A DNA stretch of 63,010 nucleotides, the filler included, from Octopus bimaculoides (Eukaryota): NCBI RefSeq assembly GCF_001194135.2. It is 5 parts of 4 records of this genome, joined end to end, with 100 filler letters (N's around TTAATTAATTAA, not from the genome) between each part and the next. Parts side by side here need not be neighbours in the genome. Positions count along the whole stretch, not along the records: positions 40,060 to 56,420 come from NC_068999.1; positions 56,521 to 58,557 come from NC_068987.1; positions 58,658 to 63,010 come from NC_068989.1; 2 more parts are not named here. One strand, given 5' to 3'. Under the pieces are notes generated by a model. It was given only the letters and a program-made list of their open reading frames with translations. It was not told the DNA's origin and searched no databases. The first letter of the stretch is position 1. Every line of letters begins with the position of its first letter. Positions 48,681 to 60,891 of the stretch are shown in pieces. Both the position numbers and the translations under genes were made by a program.

Positions 48681-48726
48681 CGGTCAGAGTTCTTTCGTCA
48701 CACTTCTGTGACCTCATCAGTGGTCC
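48681..48726 (-). ncRNA. Minimal type-I hammerhead ribozyme motif (Penelope/retrozyme type)
   Basis: Minus strand: ggacca-CUGAUGA-G-GUCACA-gaag-UGUGAC-GAAA-G-aa-C-U-C-ugaccg. Core complete, stem II a perfect 6 bp, stem III minimal, stem I with 2 mismatches. Confidence 0.6.
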
Positions 48727-48889
48727 TTTTCTTTCTTCTTTCTTATGTGTATCTCACCTTGCTAACTATCAGCCATTTTGTATTTTGTATTCTCAAAAAT
48801 CTTGCAAAACAAATATGTAAACGGAATAAAGATTTACTCATCAATAAAAACTGTATTTAAAAAAAAAAAAAAAATTACTCATCAATAAA

Positions 48890-49092
48890 GATTAGTGGAT
48901 TAACAGATTAGGGTATCGGGACAATGCTTCTCAGCATTTATCCTTGTTCCTTATGTTCAAACTCTACTGTGCTCATCTTCAACTTTAACGATTCGGATTG
49001 ATAAAATGAAACACGAGTCAAATAATATTGACTTTATCCGTAAGGCGGCGAGATGGCAGAAACGTTGGCACGCCGGGCTTAACGCTTAGCGA
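48890..49092 (+). mobile_element. SINE family D decayed copy followed by a head-only fragment (49042-49092)
   Basis: tatgttcaaactctactgtgctcatcttcaac..cggattgataaaatg, then AAGGCGGCGAGATGGCAGAAACGTTGGCACGCCGGG. Confidence 0.65.
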
Positions 49093-50670
49093 TATTATTA
49101 TCATTATTGTTACTATACTTGTTGTTGCTGTTATTGTTGTTTATAGTATTTATTATTGTTGTCTTTACGCTTCTTGTTAATGGGATTGTTATTCTTGTTG
49201 TTATTAATGTTAAGACTTACATTGATCGTTTCTCTTGTTGGTATTTTTGCTCTTAATAACCATGTTGTTGCTGTTATTGTTGTTGTTCTTCTTCCTCTTC
49301 CTCCTCCTCTTTCTCTTCCTCTTCCTCCTTTACTTCTTCCTTATCTTGTTGCTGGGACTGCCACTCTTGTTTCATTTTGTGGTAACTACACACGTTACTC
49401 CTGCTATTGTTATTATATCTGATGATGATGACGATGATGATGACGACGATGGTGATGACGAATTTGTTTAGCTCTAAGTCAAACTCTGATTAAGCAGACC
49501 CGATAACCACGCCATTTTAACTATGACCATTACATATATCTCTCAATCATTCTTCATCCGTTTCATATTATTCAAAATGTTATTCCATGTTTCAAGACGC
49601 AGTAATGAGATATGAGGGCGATTTAGCTGTTATTTCTGAAGTCCTCCCTCTTACTTCATTGCTGATGCTGTTTTTCGGTAAATGTGACTATTGTTGTCGT
49701 TCGTATGTTAAACTATAGTTGTTGTTGTTGTTTTTGTTGTCACAAATATTGAGTAGAACAATAGAAATATTCAACCTCATTCATACACATCCATACAGTC
49801 AAATATTGACACATACACAGCCTCACACAAGCACGCTCACACATAAACACATTCACACAAACATTCATACATACACATTAACGTATACACCCTCTCATAT
49901 ATACACTCAAACGCACACAGAAACTAATACAATCACATTGTCACTAAACCCGCTAGAAATAGAAGTAAACATTCTGTATAGTCTTAGAAAAAAAGAAGCT
50001 CAGAATAATGTTCTACTTTATGTCCTGGACTGCTTATTTGGAAAAGACGAGATGATCATGGCTGGAGTGTCATTTGTCTTATACTTTATCCAGTAAACGG
50101 ATTGGGGGTTAAACAAAAACAATAACAACATACACATTCAAACATACATATTCAAACACCACACACATATATGTATATACACGACCACAGATAAATACAC
50201 AGATACCTCTACACATACATATACACAAACATCAACGCATCAGTACAAACGCACACACAAAACCAGACACACATATATATACACAGAAGACCTTACATAC
50301 AACTATACACATATACATACATAGTCACAGATACATACATACACGACCACACGCAAACACACGCACACACACATACACATACATACGCACATGCACAGGC
50401 CTACACATACACGCATGCCCACGACCTCTCATATATGCACACACATGGTCACACGCGCACATACACATGTACTTATATATACACTCGCACACACTCAACG
50501 ACCTCGCACATACACGAGTACACACATATACACATGCACACACACACGCAACGAGCTCACGCATGCACACACTCACACCTACACTGATATACACACGGTG
50601 CACATACACACAGACGCACGTATATGACCAATCTAATAAACGCATACACACGATTTATACATGGCCACAT

Positions 50671-50710
<40 letters not shown>

Positions 50711-50890
50711 GACACACGCACGAGCACACATATATACACACGCGCGCGCACGCACCGTCTGTAGACAATATTCTCGCATTGGCACTAACCAGAATAGGCA
50801 GCTTCATCGGCGTCCACGTAGAATTGTTCATTATACATTAAACGTGTGTGTGTGTGTGAGAAGAGGGGCGGCAGAGATGTGTGACAGAGT

Positions 50891-50891
<1 letters not shown>

Positions 50892-50955
<64 letters not shown>
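50892..50955. repeat. (GA)n microsatellite
   Basis: Directly visible. Confidence 0.95.
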
Positions 50956-50958
<3 letters not shown>

Positions 50959-51289
50959 AAGAGAGTGAGAAATAAACTTAGACAGCATGAAAGAGTATTG
51001 TAAGAAAGAGAGAGATGTAGAACGAATAAGAAAAAGAGAGAGAGCGGTATTGCAAGATCGATCAATAACATGGATTCACTCATTCATTCAGTCCGCCGTA
51101 GCTCACCACAGCCCTCTACCATCGCGGCCCGCTAAAAATCTCTATTCAAAACATTCCTGATTCCACGGAACAATACGCATTCTTAACATTCATTCGTTCC
51201 TTTTTCAATAGAAACGACGCCCCGACTCCTTCCATTTTTACTCCTTATACGAGGAGTCATCAGGCCTTTAAATAAATAAATAAATATGC

Positions 51290-51323
<34 letters not shown>

Positions 51324-51328
51324 ATATA

Positions 51329-51359
<31 letters not shown>

Positions 51360-51913
51360 GTGTGTGTCTGTGTGTGTGTGTGTTTGTGCGTATATATGTA
51401 TATGGAATGATACAACAACAAACGCAAAAACAATTCGTGACACTCTAAACTCTAAAACTCTCTGATGACACATCCCAACCGCTCCACCGCCACCAACCAA
51501 CCACCCCCATCATAACGTCACTCTTCCTTCTTTTGCCCCAACATGTATGAATGTATGTACGTATGTATATATGCATGTGCGTGCGTGTGTGTGTGTGTGA
51601 GTTTCAAGTTGATTTTCCGTTTGTGGGTGTTTTTTTTTCGGGCTTCAAAAAACCAACAAAGATATCCTCAATGAAAAATATGTACGCATACATGTCTCTA
51701 TCTATGTGTATGTATGTATGTATGTATGTATGTATGTATGTATGTATGTATGTATGTATGTATTTATGTATATATATATATATGTACTTATGTATGTATG
51801 TACATACCTTCATCTACATGTACATATAGATACATAACTGGGTACATGACGTTGCAAAAAAAACATGGACAAAATGATAAACTAGGTACAACAGACAAGT
51901 TGGCCACATAGAG

Positions 51914-52002
<89 letters not shown>

Positions 52003-53111
52003 ATATATATATGTGCTTATGTATGTATGTATCTATGTATATATAGACTTGCATGCGTACATATACATACATGTGTGCGTGTAATTATATACATGTTATA
52101 TAGTCATACATGCTATATATATATATATACATAAACATATACATACATCCATGCATACATACCTATGCACCCGTATACTTTCATGTCTACGTTGGTTTTT
52201 CCTCATTGAACAGTCCTCGTTTAGTTTGTAGGAGGCGATTACATTGACCTGAATATTTTGTCCAATGTTTATTTTATCGACCGTTATCAGTTGCATATAT
52301 TTGAATTTACCCCATATATTATTAGACTTTAAAGAAGTAAGACGACGTTAAGTACTATGACCTGTTTCTCACATCAAGGGACGTAACTCCACATCACTCA
52401 ATACACAAAATCGAAAATCACAAAATTATATATTTTTTTAAACTAGTAAAACCGATATGTCACTCACAGTCTTATATACGACAATCTTTCTCCGGCTGAC
52501 CCATAGCCACGATCTACACACAGTCATATCTATCAATATATGTGTGTGTTTTCTACACCACCAGTCTTCATCTGTTGTTGTTTTTTTGTGAATTCTCGCT
52601 ATATATATANNNNNNNNNNNNNNNNNNNNNNNNNNNNNNNNNNNNNNNNNNNNNNNNNNNNNNNNNNNNNNNNNNNNNNNNNNNNNNNNNNNNNATATAT
52701 ATATATATAATTCGATGTGTGTTGCGTTCCATTACTTAATAAATGGAAAAAATGTGTCATAAATAAACATACACCATAACGTATACGAAGGGCAAAACCG
52801 GACGGAAGACAAACGCAGTAGGTCCTTAATTCATCATCAGTTATCAACCAATTGGTAAAACACAGTTTCGTACCATACACACACACATATGCCTTACTTA
52901 ATATTGGATGAATTAGAAAGGAGTGCTCAAGACATGTTGCATATAATATGGGGTTTATTAAAACTTAATGTGAGAGCATGTCTTGCAACTCAGCTTTCGT
53001 GCCATTGTGATCCACAGGAAATTCGCCTGAAGATGGCAGTGGCGTGAAACTCAAATCACGATAAAAGCCCTCAACTTCACAATTAAGAACTTATATGTAT
53101 ACGTGTAGTTT

Positions 53112-53210
53112 GTAATTATATATATATAATTGTGCGGATGTAATTATATATATATATATATGTGTGTGGATGCAATTATATATATATATATGTGTGTGTG
53201 TGTGTAGATG

Positions 53211-53245
<35 letters not shown>
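53112..53245. repeat. Higher-order minisatellite GATG(T/C)AATT(AT)n(GT)n x4
   Basis: The anchor tg(t/c)aattatatat recurs at about 53111, 53139, 53171 and 53209 with variable dinucleotide lengths. Confidence 0.8.
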
Positions 53246-53249
<4 letters not shown>

Positions 53250-53654
53250 CGATGACTGAGAAAGAATAGAACTATTATGAACAAGTGAATGAGCGACTGT
53301 GTAAATTCATATTTTACATATGTAACGAACGAAAGTATGGAATGAAAGTATAAATGAACTTGTAAATGAAAGATTACCAAGCTGAATGAAAAGAAAACAA
53401 GGAAAAATTTGATTGAATGGATAAATTTGCAAATGAAATGAAGGAGTCAATGATTGGTCAAAAATTAAGTGAATGAAATAATAATAAAAAAAGAGGTTTA
53501 CTTTAAAAAAAAGAATGAAATCGAAAAAGTGAAAGAGTTGAATTCCCTGAGAAAATGAATTTAAAAGCATCATATACAATCGAATGAATGACAAAGAAAT
53601 ATGACGTGACTCATTGTTATGACGTGTCTTATAGATTCTATCAAGCACTTGTCA

Positions 53655-53850
53655 CTGAGACATGCTGTCTCCTCTTTCTGCTTTCTGTTCAGATACTGTA
53701 ATGGCCGCTGCACCTTTGATGTGACCGAACTGGAGCCACCTTTCCTCAGGAATTCCTACTTCGCTAGCCGCTATCATTTTCGTCACGTGTCTTAGGTGAA
53801 GCCCTTCTAAACTCAATTCTTCTCACTGTTCGTGTCATTTCTGTAAACAT
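53655..53850 (+). mobile_element. L2-like LINE C-terminal fragment
   Basis: AVSSFCFLFRYCNGRCTFDVTELEPP (cf. VSSLSLFYRYYNGxCSSEL), homologous to the 7925-8164 frame. Confidence 0.55.
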
Positions 53851-54616
53851 GAACTTGTAACACCTTACAGTACAATTAAGAGAATCAGCAGTTTTGGTCA
53901 AGAAAGGCCAACCAAAACCATAGTTATTACTCCTTCCTTGATTAAGCAAAGGATAACAAATATTAACGAATTAACGGAACGAAAATAATTTCCATCGATA
54001 TAAAATGAAATTGCGAAAGGACATAAGAAAACGGAATTTAGAATAAAAAGCAATTAAAATAAGAAGAATATTAGTGGAAAGAAATGAAACAATATATAAT
54101 TAAAGGAATCAGTATGATTAATTAATAAAAAAATAAAAACAACGAATAAGTGAAAATGTATTTATTCAATGTATAAATTAAAACGCGTTAATGAATAAAT
54201 TACAGATTGCACCAGCAACACCTGAGTGATTGAATGAAATCGTTAGAGAATGAAAGAATGAAGGAATTAAATTATTAATGAATAAAATAATTTGGCAAAT
54301 GAAAGATTAAAAACAATAATAAGGATAAAGCAACAGAAAATATCGAAACGGTGAATGAATGAAAGATAGGAGTGATACAATCTGGCAATAACATAAACAT
54401 GAATAAAAAAAAAAGCTATTCTATTATGTGTGTGTCTGTGTGTCCTTGGGTGTGTATGTATAGCTGATGAAGTAGAATGTTCTCTATGTGGCTTGTGTGT
54501 TTTCTCGTCTACGTTTTGTTTGCAATGTCCTGTACCCAGATATGCACCTATACATACAGGTGGATGTCGGTATGCACATACCTGTCCGTATATATGCATA
54601 TACTCATTTACTATTT

Positions 54617-54652
<36 letters not shown>

Positions 54653-55679
54653 NNNNNNNNNNNNNNNNNNNNNNNNNNNNNNNNNNNNNNNNNNNNNNNN
54701 NNNNNNNNNNNNNNNNNNNNNNNNNNNNNNNNNNNNNNNNNNNNNNNNNNNNNNNNNNNNNNNNNNNNNNNNNNNNNNNNNNNNNNNNNNNNNNNNNNNN
54801 NNNNNNNNNNNNNNNNNNNNNNNNNNNNNNNNNNNNNNNNNNNNNNNNNNNNNNNNNNNNNNNNNNNNNNNNNNNNNNNNNNNNNNNNNNNNNNNNNNNN
54901 NNNNNNNNNNNNNNNNNNNNNNNNNNNNNNNNNNNNNNNNNNNNNNNNNNNNNNNNNNNNNNNNNNNNNNNNNNNNNNNNNNNNNNNNNNNNNNNNNNNN
55001 NNNNNNNNNNNNNNNNNNNNNNNNNNNNNNNNNNNNNNNNNNNNNNNNNNNNNNNNNNNNNNNNNNNNNNNNNNNNNNNNNNNNNNNNNNNNNNNNNNNN
55101 NNNNNNNNNNNNNNNNNNNNNNNNNNNNNNNNNNNNNNNNNNNNNNNNNNNNNNNNNNNNNNNNNNNNNNNNNNNNNNNNNNNNNNNNNNNNNNNNNNNN
55201 NNNNNNNNNNNNNNNNNNNNNNNNNNNNNNNNNNNNNNNNNNNNNNNNNNNNNNNNNNNNNNNNNNNNNNNNNNNNNNNNNNNNNNNNNNNNNNNNNNNN
55301 NNNNNNNNNNNNNNNNNNNNNNNNNNNNNNNNNNNNNNNNNNNNNNNNNNNNNNNNNNNNNNNNNNNNNNNNNNNNNNNNNNNNNNNNNNNNNNNNNNNN
55401 NNNNNNNNNNNNNNNNNNNNNNNNNNNNNNNNNNNNNNNNNNNNNNNNNNNNNNNNNNNNNNNNNNNNNNNNNNNNNNNNNNNNNNNNNNNNNNNNNNNN
55501 NNNNNNNNNNNNNNNNNNNNNNNNNNNNNNNNNNNNNNNNNNNNNNNNNNNNNNNNNNNNNNNNNNNNNNNNNNNNNNNNNNNNNNNNNNNNNNNNNNNN
55601 ATTCTTTTTCCCCCAATACGTGTCCCTGGTGTAGATGCGGTGCCTAATTCTCACAATATTTCATTCACGATCTGGTAAA

Positions 55680-55790
55680 CGTGTGTTTGATTCCCGGACC
55701 GGGAGGCGTGTTGTGTTCTTGAGAAAAAAAAAAAAAAACATTTCATTTTACGTTGCTCAAATGCTGTAATGGACCGACATATCAAAAGAA
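55680..55790 (+). mobile_element. SINE family C 5' fragment
   Basis: GTTTGATTCCCGGACCGGG..GTGTTGTGTTCTTGAG(A)n CATTTCATTTTACGTTGCTC. Confidence 0.7.
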
Positions 55791-55985
55791 TTGACATAAC
55801 ATTTCCTCTGCGCGGCGTAAAAGACGACTAAAAGAGAGTGAGCAAGGTTTCAATTTTAACTCCGATCTTGTAAAATTCCAAAACTCAACGACAGCCCAAA
55901 TCGACACATTGGTTGAAAGTGTGATGCCTGAGTGGTGCAAAAGGAGTAAGAAACACCAACAAATGGGAAACAGCGCATGCCCCCG

Positions 55986-55986
<1 letters not shown>

Positions 55987-56042
<56 letters not shown>
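55987..56042. repeat. (CTA)n microsatellite
   Basis: Directly visible. Confidence 0.95.
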
Positions 56043-56045
<3 letters not shown>

Positions 56046-56464
56046 GTGTCTCGTCTGCTGAAGATAAGGTAGGCAAACCGCGTCTGTACACTTATCTTCA
56101 GACAATCAATGTTGGTTCCATAAAGCCAAAATAATATTGGACAATTTCTAGATTTTTGAGATTGTCGTAAGTTCCTGTGCGATTTGCTTTTTGGCTTTCT
56201 CCAAAACAGAGATCATTGCGTTAATTCAAGAATAATATTCTATTTAATATACCCTTATACGACATCATTCTGTATACATTCGCACATAGAGGGCGGGCAC
56301 ACACATACGTATGTATACGTGTGTATGTAATGCATACATGAAAACATGTGTGTCTGTACATATCTGAATATAAGTACATTTATATACATATAAACACATA
56401 CAAATATATATATATATATANNNNNNNNNNNNNNNNNNNNNNNNNNNNNNNNNNNNNNNNNNNN

Positions 56465-56476
56465 TTAATTAATTAA
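56465..56476. other. Synthetic scaffolding linker TTAATTAATTAA
   Basis: Embedded in 44N flanks. Confidence 0.95.
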
Positions 56477-56520
56477 NNNNNNNNNNNNNNNNNNNNNNNN
56501 NNNNNNNNNNNNNNNNNNNN

Positions 56521-57120
56521 AACAACCAAAATCACTGAAAACATCCTCACAAAGGCAAAATTATTTTCCAAAATAACAGATGCGAAAGTAAAAAATGTGG
56601 TCGACCAAATTGTGCAACATGCCCAAACATTCTAGAAGGTTCAGAATTCCTCTTCAAAGAGGGACACAAATTCAAAGTTAAATCTAACTTTACTTGTGCC
56701 TCAGAAAACCTCATTTCTGTAATAAGATGCTCAGGCTGCCACGAGAACTACATAGGGTCCACAGTATTATCGCTCAGACGCAGATGCACTCTGCATCGAC
56801 AGCAGATTGCATGCCCAGAATACCGAATGATACCTTTTAGTGAACATATTGAGAAATGCGCAAAACAAATGCTACCACAATTTATAATCTTTCCTTTCTA
56901 TCAAAGTGCCATTAGAACACCAACACAGATTAGATTAAATACGGAAACCTTTTTCATTCAAAAATACAAACCCAAACTTAACCATTGCTAACACATTTGA
57001 ATAAGGAATTTCATCACCCCACTGAGAAAAAGGAAAAACATATAGAACAAAACCATGGTAAATTAATCAAATTCTACCACCTCCTAGATTTCGATTATCT
57101 CCCCTATACCGGAAGAAATC
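56521..57120 (+). mobile_element. Penelope-like element C-terminus: GIY-YIG endonuclease and 3' UTR
   Basis: After correcting two 1-bp deletions in A-runs: QPKSLKNILTKAK..KKCGRPNCATCPNILEG..FKVKSNFTCASENLISVIRCSGCHENYIGSTVLSLRRRCTLHRQQI..PFSEHIEKC..RLNTETFFIQKYKPKLNHC* (stop 56989-56991). Confidence 0.9.
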
Positions 57121-58601
57121 CCTAATTACCTCGTCCTCCTCCCCGTCGTCCTCGTCCTTCTTCTTCTTCTTCTTCTTCTTCTTCTTCTCCTCCTTCTTCT
57201 CGCCGCCTGCTCTTCTTCTCCTCATCTGTTATTCCCCTTCGTTTTCTTCTTCTTCCTCTCCTCCTGGTGGTTGATGCGGTTGTGTGAAACTGTTGCGCGG
57301 AACAGTAAAAATTATGTTATTCACAGAATTGACGTTATTCCATTCCCCTTAAGTGGAACATAGTTCAGTAAGAGGTTAGCACTCTCGGCTCTAAGAAAAA
57401 AAAATGGTTACGCTACTGAAACCGGAGAAAAACAACCTGACTTGCCTTATAAGATAGAACAGAAATTAAGATTATATATTTTGGTATGTGTAGATGTTTA
57501 CATAAATATAGGTCATCTATTCTTTATATTTCAAATTAATTTTAATCTCCATCATATTTTGAAATTAAGCTATTAACTTTCATAACAGTTGTGAATGAGA
57601 TACAAGATTATAACCATAAATATATGATTTGAAAAGCAGTTAACTGAAATTTAATACTCCATCTAATTCCTGTTAGAGTTTTCTCTTCGCAACAACATAT
57701 ATTCTGACTTCTTAAGAATCATTGGCTCTTGTTTTTGATTCATTGCTGAATTCAAAAAGCTTGTTAAATCATACCGTAGGCAATTGCATAGAAATTCACG
57801 GGCTATTATTTGTTATTAATGTAGTTTAACTGTTGATAGGGTTCTGTCTTAGTAGATTTGTAACTAAAAGTAAGTGTATTGCTTAATATATTACATAGTG
57901 ACTCGAGCTGTTAGAAAGGTAGTAGAAAACTTAAGTGAATACCCATCAGTTGCTAGCAAGTCAATCCGTTACGTTTAAAGAAATATTTTCTTTAACTCCC
58001 GCTAAACTTGACAACACAACTGTATCAGTTACGACTTTCGAGCCTTTCCCAGTATTTTAGGAACACATAATATTACGATATATAATGTGTCATTCCTGTT
58101 TCAGAGATAATGAGATGCGGTTTATTAGAGATATGGCCTCTAAAATTAACAGGTCGCGCCATGACGTTCGAGCTCGTTCTACATTTATAGTTCATGGTAT
58201 AGGAGTGGTTACACGCTATTTCTGATTGTGTACAATCTTCATGAAAGCTACAATACTCAATGTGGTATTATTTTAAATAGTCGATATTGTATATCAAAAA
58301 TTGTATTATCCATAGTATAATTTTTATAGAAGTAGGCATTATTTAAATATATTTTTTTTCATTCTTCCTAGCAAGCCGTGCGAATATACAGAATCTCTTT
58401 CGTGATTTCCTTTATAGAAAAGATGCAAGGTTTGGCACTTTACGTACTATATTTGCAAAAAATCTAGTAGATTATCCCCACAGCTATTTCACTCTTGAAT
58501 ATATTGAATAAATACAATAATGACAGCGTATATATATATATATATATATATATATATNNNNNNNNNNNNNNNNNNNNNNNNNNNNNNNNNNNNNNNNNNN
58601 N

Positions 58602-58613
58602 TTAATTAATTAA
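58602..58613. other. Synthetic scaffolding linker TTAATTAATTAA
   Basis: Embedded in 44N flanks. Confidence 0.95.
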
Positions 58614-58662
58614 NNNNNNNNNNNNNNNNNNNNNNNNNNNNNNNNNNNNNNNNNNNNTATAT

Positions 58663-58695
<33 letters not shown>

Positions 58696-58775
58696 CGTAT
58701 ACTTTTATGAACATCAGCCCAAAGTCTGCGGCTATGCTGGGACAAAATATGTTTTCTGTGTCTATACATGTGTGT

Positions 58776-58809
<34 letters not shown>

Positions 58810-59260
58810 GTATACACACACACATATATAGCATCTTAGCACACTTATCCTATATACGCACACTCATACACAAAGACACACAGACCACATTCACAGTAAT
58901 CTTTATTCTTCTTAGTGCATTCTTCACAAAGTAAAAACCAACCAACTAACCAGCCATCTAACCAGCCAACCAACCACTCAGCCAACGAACCAACTGACAA
59001 ACCAACCAACACACCAGTCTCTAGTAGCTCTACCAGAACAAACATCATTGCTCACTTGTTCGAAAATATCTTGAACTGTTGATGTTATATCGGTAATTTT
59101 TCCTCGCTAGCTGATAATCTGGTCGGTTGTTTAGTTGGATAAGCCCATTCAAACTATCTTACTGTCTGCACATAAATAACATATAGATGCTTAGGAGACT
59201 TCATAGTTATTTACCAGGTGAATCTTATCGTTCTTATATTCTGATATTCTCCGTTCTGGG

Positions 59261-59318
59261 ATGCCGATACGACTGCTGTTGTTTACACTATTTTGTTTGT
59301 TTTTGCATCAATTTTTTG
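59261..59318 (+). CDS. Candidate first coding exon encoding a signal-peptide-like sequence (exon 59218-59318)
   Basis: Acceptor ttatttaccag|G at 59217/8; gggATG at 59261; MPIRLLLFTLFCLFLHQFF+G; donor TTG|GTAAGT at 59318/9 (phase 1). No homology or expression evidence. Confidence 0.3.
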
Positions 59319-59532
59319 GTAAGTGCTGGCAACGGTCATTACTCTCGTACGTAAATTCTTATTTGTTTCCAACTAATGTTGCAATGTGCGTAATTGAAAT
59401 ATAAACATACAGGATTGTTTCCATAGGAATAGGATAGTTCGCGAATCTTCTCCCCCAAAAAAGAGCCGTTAGTGTACGAAAGTTAAATAAAATCTTAATG
59501 TTGGGCTTTTATAGTTACTGGTGCTGAGGGGG

Positions 59533-59745
59533 GGGCAGCAAGCTGGCAGAATCGTTAGCACCCAGGATAAAAAGCTGAACACAATTTCTTCTAGCGCTAT
59601 ATTCCGAGTTTCAATGCCTCTGATGTCGACTTTGCCTTTCAGCGGTTCGGGTTCAATAAAATAAGGATCAGCCAAGCACTAGAATTGATGTAACTGACTT
59701 ACCCCATCCCTTTAAATTGCTGGCCTTGTGTTGAAATTAGAAACG
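59533..59745 (+). mobile_element. SINE family D, diverged full copy
   Basis: GGCAGCAAGCTGGCAGAATCGTTAGCAC..GTCGACTTTGCCTTTC..GGCCTTGTGTTGAAATTAGAAAC. Confidence 0.82.
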
Positions 59746-60588
59746 AGGCGCAGGANNNNNNNNNNNNNNNNNNNNNNNNNNNNNNNNNNNNNNNNNNNNN
59801 NNNNNNNNNNNNNNNNNNNNNNNNNNNNNNNNNNNNNNNNNNNNNNNNNNNNNNNNNNNNNNNNNNNNNNNNNNNNNNNNNNNNNNNNNNNNNNNNNNNN
59901 NNNNNNNNNNNNNNNNNNNNNNNNNNNNNNNNNNNNNNNNNNNNNNNNNNNNNNNNNNNNNNNNNNNNNNNNNNNNNNNNNNNNNNNNNNNNNNNNNNNN
60001 NNNNNNNNNNNNNNNNNNNNNNNNNNNNNNNNNNNNNNNNNNNNNNNNNNNNNNNNNNNNNNNNNNNNNNNNNNNNNNNNNNNNNNNNNNNNNNNNNNNN
60101 NNNNNNNNNNNNNNNNNNNNNNNNNNNNNNNNNNNNNNNNNNTATATATATATATATATATGTTGTCAATTGAAATGAACGAACATTAAAATTAACAGTA
60201 ACAGACAAGAGGACGTGCAGAGGGAATATAATCAGCTTGACACTTAGTAAAAAGGAGAGAGTCTTTGACTTTCCGTGCATAGCTCTTTGTCGAAAAGGAA
60301 AAAGGGTAAAGTCCAAAAAAAAGAAAAGAAATGGATGACAGGACGTATTCCCGCCACTATGCACACATACAGGTTAATTGGCTGTAGATTGAGTTACTCA
60401 AGGGCCGAAAATTTCGTGCAATACACATTTCAAATTTTGATAAGTGCAATGGAAGAAACGTTCAACCCTTGAGTGACCGACGTAACTTTACAGACGATTA
60501 AAGCACATGCGCGCACACACATACACATACACGCACCTATGTTAATGCACATAAATATATACGTATACATACACACATATACATGCCT

Positions 60589-60589
60589 G

Positions 60590-60637
<48 letters not shown>

Positions 60638-60638
60638 T
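60589..60638. repeat. (CTA)n microsatellite
   Basis: Directly visible. Confidence 0.95.
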
Positions 60639-60858
60639 GTGTTTTAAGTAAATAAGCACTTGATTTCCTGCAATACAGAAAGCATTTAGTCATGGATTGT
60701 TTAAAGAGATTTTCGTATTAGTTCGCAGTGAAATTGTTTTTAGTGAGAAGAGTCTAAGCAAAACATCAGACAAACGTTTTGTTGATCGCTTTCACTGATG
60801 TCTTGTAATTAACACTGCATCATTCATGCATTATTCACACGGACACATATATAAACAA

Positions 60859-60891
<33 letters not shown>

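Noticed and set aside
51240-51272. Minus-strand CUGAUGA followed by a CUCCU/AGGAG hairpin
   Set aside because: G12 is absent (UAAAA) and the closing pair is inverted; no stem I or III.
53688-53790. Strong acceptor tttctgttcag followed by an open frame
   Set aside because: The peptide matches the L2 LINE C-terminus seen elsewhere in the window.
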